Of a stretch of 64,000 bases of DNA, positions 24,985-38,600 are shown piece after piece. Source of the stretch: Pecten maximus (lineage: Eukaryota); contig NC_047025.1 of NCBI RefSeq assembly GCF_902652985.1, positions 27,342,001 to 27,406,000 on the forward strand, given 5' to 3'. The position numbers and the translations under genes are program-made. Below the pieces are notes generated by a model. That model searched no databases. It was given only the letters and a program-made list of their open reading frames with translations, and was not told the DNA's origin. Within the stretch, counting starts at the first letter, position 1. The number at the start of each line of letters is the position of its first letter.

Positions 24985-26375
24985 ATTGTCTGCAATATTT
25001 TTAGCGAAGTTTCAATACATATATTTTCTATTTGGACAGCCCAGTCTCCGATTGTTTCTGTTTACTCAGATTTTAAATTGACCACTTATGGTTATGAATT
25101 GAGAGATCGACTATTATATAAAGAATGGCATCGTCGACAGAACCTTTTATTGATGCATCAAATATATCGACGATGTCATTGATAAAAACAAGAAAATAAG
25201 GGGGCCTAAATGTATCCTTGGGATACACTTGCTTTAAGGGGCATCTAAACAGCAAATCCAGCCAAAACAGTTGATATTTTACAAGGCTATACATCCCTAC
25301 TAGGGTGTTATCTAATAGAAATAACTTGATAAAATTTTGATATGTATCATGTCAAACTGTGGGCCTTGCTGTTGACATTCAATTTGTTCAGTAGTTCGTA
25401 AATTTCAACAAAACATGAGAAAAATGCATGTTTCAGGGGGACATAATTAACTCATTTGTATCTCATTTATTGTGCAAAACAGTCATGTCGTTTTGCTCAC
25501 AAGGGTCTAAAGCACAAAATAGGAGCATTGGTTTGACTAGATTGGACTTTATGATATGTATTAACACTGATTTTATTTAGACCTTGAAATGCAAATGGCG
25601 GTTGTGAATAAGATCAGACAATTATGGCATATAAGAAGGTATTTCAAACGTCAAAAATGCTCATATTAGATACTATAGAGAACTCTAGACATGGCAGGAA
25701 GACTGTTTTTAGGAAAAAATGTTCATCCGTTGAGTTTGGGGTAAAAGATATATATTTCTGAAAAAGGCCCAAAACTCACCAGTTTGAAAATTTGTCTTAA
25801 AATGGTCATTCTTACTATAATCAGATGTCTTAAATGTATTATATAGGAGCATTTTTAATGGCTGAAATGCCTCCCTTTATGCCATATATGTGTAATATCA
25901 TCCACAGCCGCCATTTGCATTTCAAGGTCAAAACTAAATATGTGTTTATACCTACATAAAGTCAAATCCGGTCAAACAAATGCTCCTACCCTGTGCTATA
26001 GACACCTGTGAGCATGACATCTGGGCTATTTTTCAGGTTTGGTTATTTTTGTGGCTTAGAATTATTCCATGCTACAACTTACCACAAAGTAACTCTATGG
26101 AAGAAATTGTTAGCATCTACATCAAATTATTTGTGATTTTAAGACACTACATGTCCAAACAAACATTTTGGTATATTACATGACTATTTTTGTGCAATTT
26201 TTAAGCTATTTATTCGTGTTTGAAATTCAACATTATTCTGCTATATAGATGACCCTTAACGTACATATGCCAAGTCAGAAGATTTGCAATTTAAAGAGAC
26301 TTGCTAATTTTCAAGATAACTTTTGAACCAGGATGAACAGTTCCCCGCTAATACCGAAACTGGATAATTTAATTA
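24985..26375 (-). pseudogene. Non-LTR (CR1/L2-like) reverse transcriptase remnant split by a MITE
   Basis: Minus strand: KLSSFGISGEL..WFKSYLEN...LNCKSSD (26260-26375) and VSQG..LGP..FLVFINDIVD....IK..VDDAILYIIVD (25100-25230), i.e. degenerate QGSxLGP and YADD-region motifs on either side of the TTAA-flanked MITE. Confidence 0.6.
25234..26259. mobile_element. TTAA-flanked MITE (Kolobok-like)
   Basis: TTAA|GGGGCATCTA...TAGATGACCC|TTAA. There is a long internal inverted repeat (e.g. CCTTGAAATGCAAATGGCGG at ~25582 versus CCGCCATTTGCATTTCAAGG at ~25908). Confidence 0.7.
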
Positions 26376-26629
26376 GAATATTTCTTAACCAGAATCTAGA
26401 CATTAGCGTGAGGACAGAAGCGAATGGTCAAGAAAGTAGTTATGCACACATCGATACTATTCCCGAAGACGAGTACTTTAAGAAAAAATGTGCCTTTTTT
26501 CAAATATGAATAAATTTGTTTGTTCAGGACTGTATTCTCTAATTTCAGCATTGAGACAATTTGCCATCTAATAATCGGGTATAGTGCTCACTAACTAGCA
26601 CCTTTTATAATTCCAGTACTTCAGGGGAC

Positions 26630-28470
26630 TTAACAAAAGTAATACCTTAAACAAACAAAGGTAAAACCGTTAACAAACAAAGGTAAAACCGTTAACAAAC
26701 AAAGGTAAAATAATAAACAATCCATTGTAAAACCATAAACAAAGGTAAAACCATAAACAATCAAAGGTAAAACCATAAACAAACAAAGGTAAAACCATAA
26801 ACAAACAAAGGTAAAACTATAAACAATCAAAGGTAAAAACATAAAAAATCAAAGGTAAAACCATAAAAAAAACAAAGGTAAATCCATAAACAATAAAGGT
26901 TAAACCGTAAACAAACAAAGGTAAAACTCTGAGAAAAAAAGGTAAAACCCTAAATAAACAAAGATAAAACCCTAAACAAACAAAGGTAAAACCATAAACA
27001 AACAAAGGTAAAACCGTTAACAAACAAAGGTAAAATAATAAACAATCCATTGTAAATTCATAAATTAAGGTAAAACCATAAACAATCAAAGGTAAAACCA
27101 TAAACAAACAAAGGTAAAACCATAAACAAACAAAGGTAAAACCATAAACAAACAAAGGTAAAACTATAAACAATCAAAGGTAAAAACATAAAAAATCAAA
27201 GGTAAAACAATAAAAAAAATCAAAGGTAAAACCATAAACAATCAACGGTAAAACCATAAAAAATCAAAGGTAAAACCATAAACAAACAAAGGTAAAACCA
27301 TAAACAATCAAAGATAAAACCCTAAACAAACAAAGGTAAAACTCTAAGAAAAACAAAGGTAAAACCCTAAACAAACAAAGGTAAAACCATAAACAATCAA
27401 AGGTAAAACAATAAAAAAAATCAAAGGTGAAACCCTAAACAAATAAAGGTAAAACCCTAAATAAACAAAGGTAAAACCCTAAACAAACAAAGGTAAAACT
27501 ATAAACAATCAAAGGTAAAACCATTAAAAATCAAAGGTAAAACCATAAACAAACAAAGGTAAAACCATAAACAAACAAGGGTAAAACCATAAACAAACAA
27601 CGGTAAAACTCTAAGAAAACAAAGGTAAAACTCTAAGAAAACAAAGGTAAAACCATAAACAATCAAAGGTAAAACCATAAAAAATTAAAGGTAAACCTAA
27701 ACAAACAAAGGTAAAACTAAACAATCAAAGGTAAAACCCTAAACAAACAAAGGTTAAAACCTTAAACAAACAAAGGTAAAACCATAAACAAACAAAGGTA
27801 AAACCATAAACAATCAAAGGTAAAACCATAAACAAACAAAGGTAAAACCATAAACAAAGGTTAAACCATAAACAAACAAAGGTAAAACCATAAACAATCA
27901 AAGGTAAAACCATAAAAAATCAAAGGTAAAACCATAAAAAATCAAAGGTAAATCCCTAAACAAACAAAGGTAAAACCATAAACAAACAAAGGTAAAACCA
28001 TAAACAAACAAAGGTTAAACTCTCAGAAAACAAAGGTAAAACCATAAAAAAATTGAAGGTAAAACAATAAACAAACAAAGGTAAATCCCTAAACAAACAA
28101 AGGTAAAACCGTAAACAAACAAAGGTAAAACAATAAACAAACAAAGGTAAAACAATAAACAAACAAAGGTAAAACCATAAAAAATCAAAGGTAAATCCCT
28201 AAACAAACAAAGGTAAAACCGTAAACATACAAAGGTAAAACTCTAAGAAAACAAAGGTAAAACCCTAAACAAACAAAGGTAAAACCATAAACGATCAAAG
28301 GTAAAACCTTTAACAAACAAAGGTAACATCATGAACAATCAAAGGTAAAACCCTAAACAAACAAAGGTAAAACCATAAACAAACAAAGGTCAAACCTTTA
28401 ACAAACAAAGGTAAAACCCTAAGAAAACGAAGGTAAAACCATAAAAAAATCAAAGGTAAAACCATAAACA
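26630..28470. repeat. ~22-bp A-rich minisatellite (AAACAAACAAAGGTAAAACCAT)n
   Basis: About 1.8 kb tandem array. It explains the hydrophobic spurious ORFs on the minus strand. Confidence 0.95.
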
Positions 28471-29643
28471 ACAAAAACAACATTTATCGGATACATTTGT
28501 AAAACTTGCCAGTACTATTGGCTGTCTTTATCTTTAATATTACCAGAAATGGATTTTTTCGCTGTGGATCAAAGTTGGAATTGCCGGTTTTCCACTGAAT
28601 GACATACATTTACACTGTGAGAATAACAAGGTCAACAACGAGATCTGCAAACCCACACATTTCGTTATCGTCTGCTTGTAAACATGGCGATCCAGAGAGT
28701 GGAATCACGATACGTATCGGTGAAATTATACTCAACCTCTCTGACATAAATATCATACATAACAGTAACGATACGGAGCGGAGCGCACAGAAAACAAAAA
28801 CTGAACCTTTCAGATAAAGCAGTGTTTTATCTTTAAATGCAAAAATCACGTGCCTCTGTTCTGTCTATCTGCACCTTGATGCATACGAAAGGTATGATGA
28901 AGTCCTACATGTTGAAAATTACATCGCTGTATGCTTCAGTTTACAAAAGATAAACTAGTCGTGATTTTGTCCCGTTTTTATTCCAGTAACATACATTAAT
29001 GGTTGTAGAATAGATAGAATGCATCGTTACTGACTTGTACAATGCAAGATTTGTTTTTGGCCTCATTATATGGAAAAGACAAAGCATTTGATACTGAATA
29101 GTAGTCCATTCGGAAACTGTGAATTAATTAGTTCATGCATAATTGATTCAAGCGACAGTATTTACAGTTGCACACAATAATCTGGTATATAGACTGATTA
29201 CGTGATTACCAATTTCAAATTCTGTGAGATAACATTCGTAGGTGTTCAATATATAATGTCTAGGTGACCGCGTATCAGGTGGACGCCATAGACACCATCA
29301 ACATTCAGTTCGATATCTCGACAGGGCGCGAGTAAAGTTGTCTTGCTTTGTCGTTTTTATTTTATGATTTCTATAGCTGATCACATACACACACTCGGAT
29401 TCACATTCCAAGATATATACACCGCGATCCAGGTGCCCATATCATCAACATGAACTAGATGATCTGTCACTTTGAAGAATCTGCGGCACTAACTGTAATT
29501 GTAAATTAACGTAGTTATTAGTGCCTATTACAATGATTTATCAGGTCTGTTCATTTGAACAATTAAAGGTTTGATTGTCCTAACATACTCTAATCGGGAG
29601 TGTTGTAGTTCTATAAAAACTGACCATTGTTCCCACTAAATGT

Positions 29644-32600
29644 CTATTCCGGACGCGCAGTCTGTGGCCGATCTGTTGCTGCTGGTGGAGTTCCGTTATC
29701 TGCAGGAGGACTTCCGTTATCTATTGGAGGACTTCCGTTATCTATTGGAGGACTTCCGTTATCTATTGGAGGACTTCCGTTATCTATTGGAGGACTTCCG
29801 TTATCTATTGGAGGACTTCCGTTATCTATTGGAGGACTTCCGTTATCTATTGGAGAAGTTTCGTTTTCTATTGGAGGAGATACCTCATCTGGTTGATGAT
29901 GTCCGTCGTTGTTTGGAGGAGTTCCGTCATTTGATGGAGGTTTTCCGTTGTCGTCTACGACTTTTTGACTTCCAAATGCATCGTTTTCCTGTTCAAATAC
30001 ATTTAATCGTTAAAATAGGTGTAATTTACATTTGTATGTACACAATAATATTGATTTTATTCATTAATTCCATGAATTTTGTCATTTACTTCATTGACTA
30101 GATAGGTTTCCCTGAAAGGAAAGGCGCGCCCCAGCCCAGAAATGATTTGGTGTCCGATATTCTGATTGATTTCGTTTTGAATGTGTCGCGATTTACTTTT
30201 TAATCTGTTTATACTTTTTTGAGACCCGATCTTGTCTTGACTTTGTGCACTGATTGTGTTTTTAATTGTCTCTGAGACCCGAGCTTATCTTGTTTTTGTC
30301 CTGATTTTGTTTTGACTTTGAGACCTAATCTTGTCTTGATTTTGTGTCTTGATTGGGTTTTAAATTGACTCTAAGACCGGAGCTTATATTGTTTTTGTCT
30401 TGATTTTGTTTTGACTCTGTGTCTTGATTGTGTTTTGACCTTGAGACATAATCTTGTGATTACGTTGTGTCCTGGTTTTGACACAACATACCAAGACCAA
30501 TATCAAATCTTTTTCGTGTATAACAGATCGGTTGGACGCCGAACGTGCAAAATACATGTTTTAATGCTTATAAAGGAGTCGCTATTCAATATAATAAAAA
30601 ATGTAAATATCAGAAAAATATGTATTATAGCTAGTGTATATGTACTATATTTTGTATTTGTTTCATTGTATGTAAAGAGGAGGCGTTTCATAAGTACAAA
30701 TAGCTTGTGCACGATCCCTACGTCTCTTTCTTTGAAAATAGAATAGTTTGAACTAAACACAGCTAGAGGTATGACTAGTTAAATACAACAGTTTTCATAA
30801 GAAATAGGATATAGAATTGTCATGTATCAATCAAGAAAGTATTCGTGAATACTGGCTGAATGTCTTACCTCAAGCTCTGTGTCTAACTTTGGAATACGGA
30901 TTGAATGTTTTACCTCTGGGTCTACCTTTGGAATACTGACGAAATGTCTTACCTCTACCTCTTTGTCTACCTTTGGAATACTGACTGAATGTCTTACCTC
31001 TGGGTCTACCTTTGGAATACTGACTGAATGTTTTACCTCTAGCTCTGGGTCTACCTTTGGAATACTGACTGAATGTCTTACCTCTGGGTCTACCTTTGGA
31101 ATACTGACTAAATGTTTTACCTCTAGGTCTGGGTCTACCTTTGGAATACTGACTAAATGTTTTACCTCCAGGTCTGGGTCTACCTTTGAAATACTGACTA
31201 AATGTTTTACCTCTGGGTCTACCTTTGGAATACTGACTAGATGTCTTACCTCTGGGTCTACCTTTGGAATACTGACTAGATGTCTTACCTCTGGGTCTAC
31301 CTTTGGAATACTGAATGAATATTTTACCTCTAGCTCTGGGTCTACCTTTGGAATACTGACTGTATGTCTTACCTCTTTGTCTACCTTTGGAATACTGACT
31401 GAATGCTTTACCTCTGTGTCTAACTTTGGAATACTGACTGAATGTTTTACCTCTAGGTCTGGGTCTACCTTTGGAATACTGACTGTATGTCTTACCTCTG
31501 GGTCTACCTTTGGAATACTGACTGTATGTCTTACCTCTGGGTCTACCTTTGGAATACTGACTGAATGCTTTACCTCTAGCTCTGGGTCTACCTTTGGAAT
31601 ACTGACTGAATGTCGTACCTCTGGGTCTACCTTTGGAATACTCACTGAATGTCTTACCTCTGGGTCTGGGCCTACCTTTGGAATACTGACTGAATGTCTT
31701 ACCTCTTTGTCTACCTTTGGAATACTGACTGAATGTCTTACCTCTAGCTCTGGGTCTACCTTTCGCTTCTTTTTCGCCTTCTTCTTTAGTAAGCCAAATA
31801 TCAATCCACCTAGACAGCCGGCTGCGGATAGGATACTGGCAGTGGCAACCAATCCAGTAGCTACTGGTGACACTGAAAACAGCGGACATTTACCCTTAAT
31901 TGAATGAAGTCTAAGAAATATATACATGTATATATACAGTGTTTATAATACTGTCATAAGTACTTCAAACCATAGCAGCGATAACAATATACCGAATTGG
32001 GCATAGAAGTAACGTAATGAAAAATACAGTTTGTCAAAAATAGGGTAAGAGAAACGTCTAAGTCTTACGTCTAAGCCTAACGTCTAAGTCAAACGTCTAA
32101 GCCTAACGTCTAAGTCAAACGTCTAAGTCAAACGTCTAAGTCAAACATCTAAGTCAAACGTCTAAGTCAAACGTCTAAGCCTAACGTCTAAGTCAAACGT
32201 CTAAGTCAAACGTCTAAGTCAAACATCTAAGCCTAACGTCAAAATCAAACGTCTAAGTCAAACGTCTAAGCCTAACGTTTAAGCCTAACGTCTAATCCTA
32301 ACGTCTCAGCCAAATATCTAAGCCTTAAGCCTAACGTCTAAGCCTAACGTCTCAGCCAAACTTCTAAGCCTAACTTCTAAGCCTAACGTCTAAGTCAAAC
32401 GTCTCAACCTAACGTCTAAGCCTAACATCTAAGAGTCTAAGCCTAACGTCTAATCCTAACGTCTCAGCCTAACGTCTAAGCCTAACATCTAAGAGTCTAA
32501 GCCTAACGTCTAATCCTAACGTCTAATCCTAACGTCTCAGCCTAACGTCTAAGCCTAACATCTAAGAGTCTAAGCCTAACGTCTAATCCTAACGTCTAAT

Positions 32601-35600
32601 CCTAACGTCTCAGCCTAACGTCTAAGCCTAACGTCTAATCCTAACGTCTAAGCCTAACATCTAAGAGTCTAAGCCTAACGTCTAATCCTAACGTCTCAGC
32701 CAAATATCTAAGCCTTAAGCCTAACGCATAAGCCTAACGTCTAAGTCAAACGTCTCAGCCTAACGTCTAAGTCAAACGTCTAAGCCTAACGTCTAAGCCT
32801 AACGTCTCAGCCTAACGTCTAAGTCAAACGTCTCAGCCAGACGTTTAAGTTAAACGTCTCAGCCAAATGTCTAAGCATTGAGGGTAAGCTACCGATAAGT
32901 CACAGTTATGCCATTGTCGAGCCTGGCCACTAATCTTTTATCGTCATTATATTCTAAATACAATCCTGATAATGACCGATGCCTGCCCTATTCTTGTTGT
33001 CTGACATGTACATGTCATATCTTATCTTTCCAAAACCAAAAGTCTTTCTCGTTGGTCCAATCATAAGTCAGTATTTTAAATAATCTGTTTTCAATTCTCT
33101 TTTTCATTTTCCTGATTTCCATTAAGAATTACCACAATTTTGTCTCCTTCCATCTCTGAAGAGTCCTAGGACAAAACGCTATATGGTCCAGTTCTATAAT
33201 ATATACACTATTGATAGTATAGACTCTATTCACTGTTGTCTTTTGTATCGCCAGTATAAGAGATCGGGACATATGTCGTGCAAATGCGTCAGTGAAATGG
33301 CACTTTTAAATCAGGCCCTTAATTGGCCTAATTCAAGACGGTGCCGTTTTTAGATTCAACGTTGACCAATTCTGTGAAATGTCAGACTTACGGCCTTCGT
33401 CGCCCTGTTCCTCCTGGTTGCCAGCTGTCAGAGAATTTTTTGTAGTTGCTGAAGCCGGACCTCCGGTTCGACCTGTTACTCTACTCCCAGAAGTTGTCCT
33501 TGTTCCCGTGGATCTAGTTGTCTTTCCATTACTTCCGGCAGAAGGGCCACCTGTACTAGCTCCGGCGAAGGTCGTTACAGTGCTTGCCTGTCTGGTACCA
33601 CCTGTTGATGTTTTATGTAAGACAAGTAAGTATGCACAAAATTTACGAGGGAAAAACTACTGAATACTGTAAAGTTCAAATAGGCCTGGTACTGCATGAA
33701 CATAATGTACATAAAACGTAATATCTATAATTATTATTAGTATGATTATGCAGGTGTTCCGTCCCTTTAGGACTGGTCAGCGATGACACCAAAATGGGTC
33801 GGAACAGATAGTAAGGGGAAGCATTTCGGTTCTAGTTTCGTTCTTTGTTTTGATTTTTAAAATTGAATTAAATTTCATTAATTTAATATTTAGTTTTTTC
33901 ATTTTTGTTTTTGTTTTGTTTGTTTGTTTGATCTTTTAATTAACTACATTCCTATCTAGAGTATTGTCATAACACAAAGTATTACAAACTTGGAACTTCT
34001 ACCTGTTGATGCCACTGTGACTGTTGTCAATATTGATGAAGTAGAAGTTAACAAGGGTACCGAAGTCACTGGTCGGGATGACGTAGTCGAACCACCTGTC
34101 GGGCCTGATGTGTGAGAGCCAGAACTCTTAGTTATAGTACCGGTAAAAGGTGATGTGCTGGCCTTGGCTGGAGTGGTGGGTGGGGGACCTGTTATAATAT
34201 ACCAGAACACATTTTCACATTATCGACTTTGTAGTGCAGTGAATGATGTAATAAAAGAAATTTTCATATTGAAGAAAAAAAACACTCTCAATATTGACAT
34301 CCTGCATTAGTTGGAGTTCATTTTAGACATTTATTCTGTCGACTTTCCTTCTTTGAGAACATGTAACAACATTTCTTTGACGTAGGTTTACACTACAGAT
34401 ATTATATTGGACAATGAACAGTGAAAGATGTAATGAAATATGTTGAAATTAGATAAAATATCCAATATTTAGTCTGACATCCTTACTTTGAGGATATTGC
34501 CCTATATTACAATACATATATTGGCGGGAAACAGAAATACAATCATATTCATTGATGATTTTCTGAGGGACTCCACCTGAAAATCTTGTTAATATTTTCA
34601 TCGATTTTGAGTTTGAATTACGGTTTTGATAACGCTTGTATATTGTTTCCTTATTCATTTCCTTATTTTTAAACAAAGGAGACTGAATGTGTAGCTCAAA
34701 TATAACATTATGAATAATTTTAAGGATGCATAATATTTTAAGCAAAGGTGGTAAACAATCATCACAATACATAATATCAAATGTATCACTACAAAAGTAA
34801 AACAAATACACCAATCATGTTCCTAAAGTATGCAGTACTGATCATTTTTGTCAAATGTATAAATGACTTCAGGAGATACACACATTTTCCAGTGTAGGAG
34901 TTCCAAAACTGAACTTCAATTAATCCAAACTTGGAGTCTTGGGAGTGAGCACCACCTCCCCAATATGGAGATACGTAGATAAGTGTCCCTTTACTGTACA
35001 ATGACGTATTTCCGCCGCCAGGAATGATGGGATGCCAGACCCGGATTCCGTTTGATGAGTAGGAATACACCACTCCTCCAAACTTGTCATGAGGATCTGT
35101 GTTCTGAACGGCACCCAGGGCAGGAAAGAAAAATCCTTTGTTGTCGCCGCTCAGGGCTTTGACCTGCACAAATCAATATTCCAAGTTCTGGTGTATTCGA
35201 TTTTAGCGCATCATAAAATTTTGACAAATGGCGTAAATATGAACTGGCACACTCGTTATTAGATGCTATGAAAATAATATAGATGTTGTACAGTATAGTT
35301 AGCGCTATGCCTCCGCCGCGAAAAATGCGAAAATAAGGCTACCGCTGAAATATGCTTATTTACAGTTAGTGATCATTTAAAAAAAAAACTATTGGATTGC
35401 TCTGTTTTTAATTCGATATTATCTTTACAATATGGGTCGCGTTGTTACCAAAAGTTTTGAAAGAGAAACATTTCAATTCAATTTCATTTCAGTTTTATTC
35501 CGAAAGTCTTACAACATATAGGACTATAGTATATATACATGAAAGGACACACCCTCGTTCCATCGCTACAATATCATTTTTGATACAGGAAACTTACAGA

Positions 35601-38600
35601 ACAATATCAATTTTCTACAGAGATTATGAAACCATTATTTCTGTATTGATGTAATTACACTTAATTTGTAGCAATTCTTCGCATTTTAATTTATATCCCC
35701 GAAAAGAAGATCTACATTAACATTTTTACCATTACAGACACCAGTCCGGTATCTATGTTCAGTCTCCCACCAACACTCCCCAGTTGAGAGGAATGCATTC
35801 CAGGACTTTGTCCAATGGTTGCGTTAGATTTATAAACAGAATCTCCAGGCATATGTCCCCACACTCTGACCTTGACCAAGCCCTCTGACCAAGTCTCTTG
35901 TGATCCTATGCCCCAACCATCCGCCACACTAAATATTTTTCCTGAAACAAGAAAAAAATCATAACAGACATGTCACTTTTATTGCGAGAGTTTATGTGCC
36001 AGAAAGTTTATGCTTGGTGACGTAAATGAAAGTGATAAGAAGAAAAAATTAGCTATAATCGTTTTGTTTTCATAACAATTTGTGCTTTATACATTGAAAA
36101 AAAATAGCAATAGCAAAACCACATCATCAGGTTTAGTTATTAACACTTATTACATAATACACAATATACATTAAACGTGTACAGTGCATTTAAAAATAAA
36201 TTGATGCATGAAAGAAATAGTTTAAATGTTTGATTCGGAATGATTAAAATAAAAACAGAATACAACGAGAAATGCATGAACTGTGAACAGAATTTGAGAA
36301 TTATCAAAGTCTATTTATTTCTATTTATACAGTGTACAGATACAGATACAAATAGTTTATTAAAGTTTTACCTTTCGTAAATACATTAAAACATTGCTAT
36401 ACATGCATATGAATAATCACATAAAATTTAATCACGAAAGTCACTCTAAAAGAGTTATGAGAGACTACAGATATTTGTTTTAAATGTAACATCAATAAAA
36501 ACTTTACATCGGGTTAAAATAAGATCAGTCTCCAGAAAAGAAAATAATTCATTGGTAGTACATTAGATTTCTTCGGCGATTTAAAATATCACACAGGGTT
36601 AGGCACAGAACTAAACACAGTGTCTGTCTGAAAAACCTATTGCAGCTTCTGAACGTTACTAAGCTGATTAGAATAAGCGTCAATATTTTCCGCTTTAATA
36701 AAAAGAGTTTCGCGTATATCCTCGTAAATGGGACATGTACCTCATCCCCGTGTCCTCGTTTATTTGGGTCAGCCCCAGCGAGGATATTAAAACAAGAGCA
36801 GCTAGCCAATGACATGAATCTTGTAGATGTAAATGTTTACCTGTGTCGAATCCAGGTACCCATATCCGTACGTATGTGTCATTGAACCCGTAGACAACCC
36901 CACCCCAGGATGTCTCTTTCTTGAGATTATTGGGTGTCATTCCTGATGCTGAACAGAATAAAATGGAAAACATAATTTAACAGCAACAGCATACAGGCAA
37001 TCCCAACCGGTAGATGACCGGAACTTAATAAGATACTAAAGATTAAAACATATCTTTTGTGTTATGGAGCGAACGGATTGGGCAAAAGTTATTTCAAAAT
37101 ACACAGTAATAAAGGTCCTCTACTACCAATTAAGAAATAGCATAATCTGATCGCAATGAATACCATTTCCATACAATAAAATATAATAGTACAGTTGATA
37201 CAAGGTGGTTTATGAAAATTTAAGATCACATAACTAAACATTTTGCACATTTATAAAAATTGTAAAGTTTAGACATTTTCTTGATTGAGCAATGTATTGA
37301 TCGCTATTTTCTGTTTTCCTTGATATTTCCCCCTCTCTCTTAACCTCTGTTGTAAGGTCATAATGTGTATGAAACGACATATCATTGCAATCCAATAATT
37401 TTTGTAGCAATAACTGGTATATTTTACAAAATTGCGTTATAATGTGTTCCAAAACTGCGAAAGTATATTTAGCATCATATACATCATATCTAAATATATA
37501 TTTATATATACATAATGCATAACGAAAACAAAATAATTTTTTTTTAAAAACGCGCTAAACGTAAGAAATGTTCTTTGCCAACTGCGGCCAAACTATCGTA
37601 TACGCAGTCAGAGGTACAATCCTAAATTATATACGTCATATTTAAATATTTATATATACATAATGCATAGCGAAAAAAAATAAAAAAAATAAATAGAAAT
37701 AGAAGTTTATATAAGTGTGAATTATGAAACTCAAGGTAGGTAAGTATGTTTTTTTTTCCAGAAATTATACCGAGTTTACGCGGATGTTATACTTCAAGAG
37801 AAAGACAGGAATATCTTACCATTTTGAAGGTACGTCTGGGGTTGTGGAACATTAGAGTACTTATAATCATATACTCAAATCCACACAAGATCTGAATACA
37901 ATTGTAAGTGATAGTATTTCTATCACTACCCTTATTTTGATTTAAGCTTCCTAATATTATTGATAATAATACGACAATACTTCGATCAATAATACATCAC
38001 CAAACATACCTATTCCATCTGCGTACCAGTCGGTATCATTGTTCCACACTTGTACCGTTACATACTCGGGAACGTAACCTAAATTGTGACGTACTTCTTG
38101 GAAAGAGTCAGTACCTAAAAGTGAAAATGTAAACAGTGCATATTCAAATCATTTGTAATCAGCAAAATGTTTTTTCAGCTTTCACAAACAATGACAAAAA
38201 ACAAAAATAAAAAACAACCTTTTGTTTCAATTTTCAATGAACGAATAGAATTGTAAATTATTCTACATCGTACATAAAAGTAATGTAAACAGCATGGTCC
38301 GTTACGTAATATCCGTGAAAACATTTCATTTTTCGTTACCGCGAATACTTGAGCCATCGAAAACCTTTACAGTATAAATATGAGAAAAGCACACAAACAA
38401 ACAAAAAAAACCATCCAAGTTGACAGTAGATAACGCCAATATATATACTTGCCATTTTTTACTTTCATGTGGATCCAGTTTGACTCGTAATCCGGAGTGG
38501 GGAAATTACAGGAGGTCCACACCCTGACTCGTGTCTCAGCTTCCTCCTCCTTCTGTACCTTAGGCCCAAACCAAGTATTGTTATAGCCTGTCAATGGGAG

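Noticed and set aside
26630-28206. Hydrophobic minus-strand ORFs resembling membrane proteins
   Set aside because: Artefact of the A-rich 22-bp satellite.
28600-29000. Possible second tyrosine-recombinase (DIRS-like) remnant on the minus strand
   Set aside because: Similarity is too weak to support by eye.
29627-30101. Plus-strand ORFs (GGLPLSI)n and (EDFRYLL)n
   Set aside because: Antisense readings of gene B's last exon. The minus frame has a proper acceptor, phase and stop.
30860-31760. CRISPR-like appearance of this and other regular arrays
   Set aside because: There are no unique spacers and no cas genes, and the context is eukaryotic.
30870-31907. Alternative-frame ORFs over the array (SKGRPRGKTFSQY; + strand TFGILTECLTSGS)
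   Set aside because: A stop-free unit whose length is a multiple of 3 stays open in several frames. Only the VDPEVRH frame continues the TM exon, although the protamine-like frame cannot be fully excluded.
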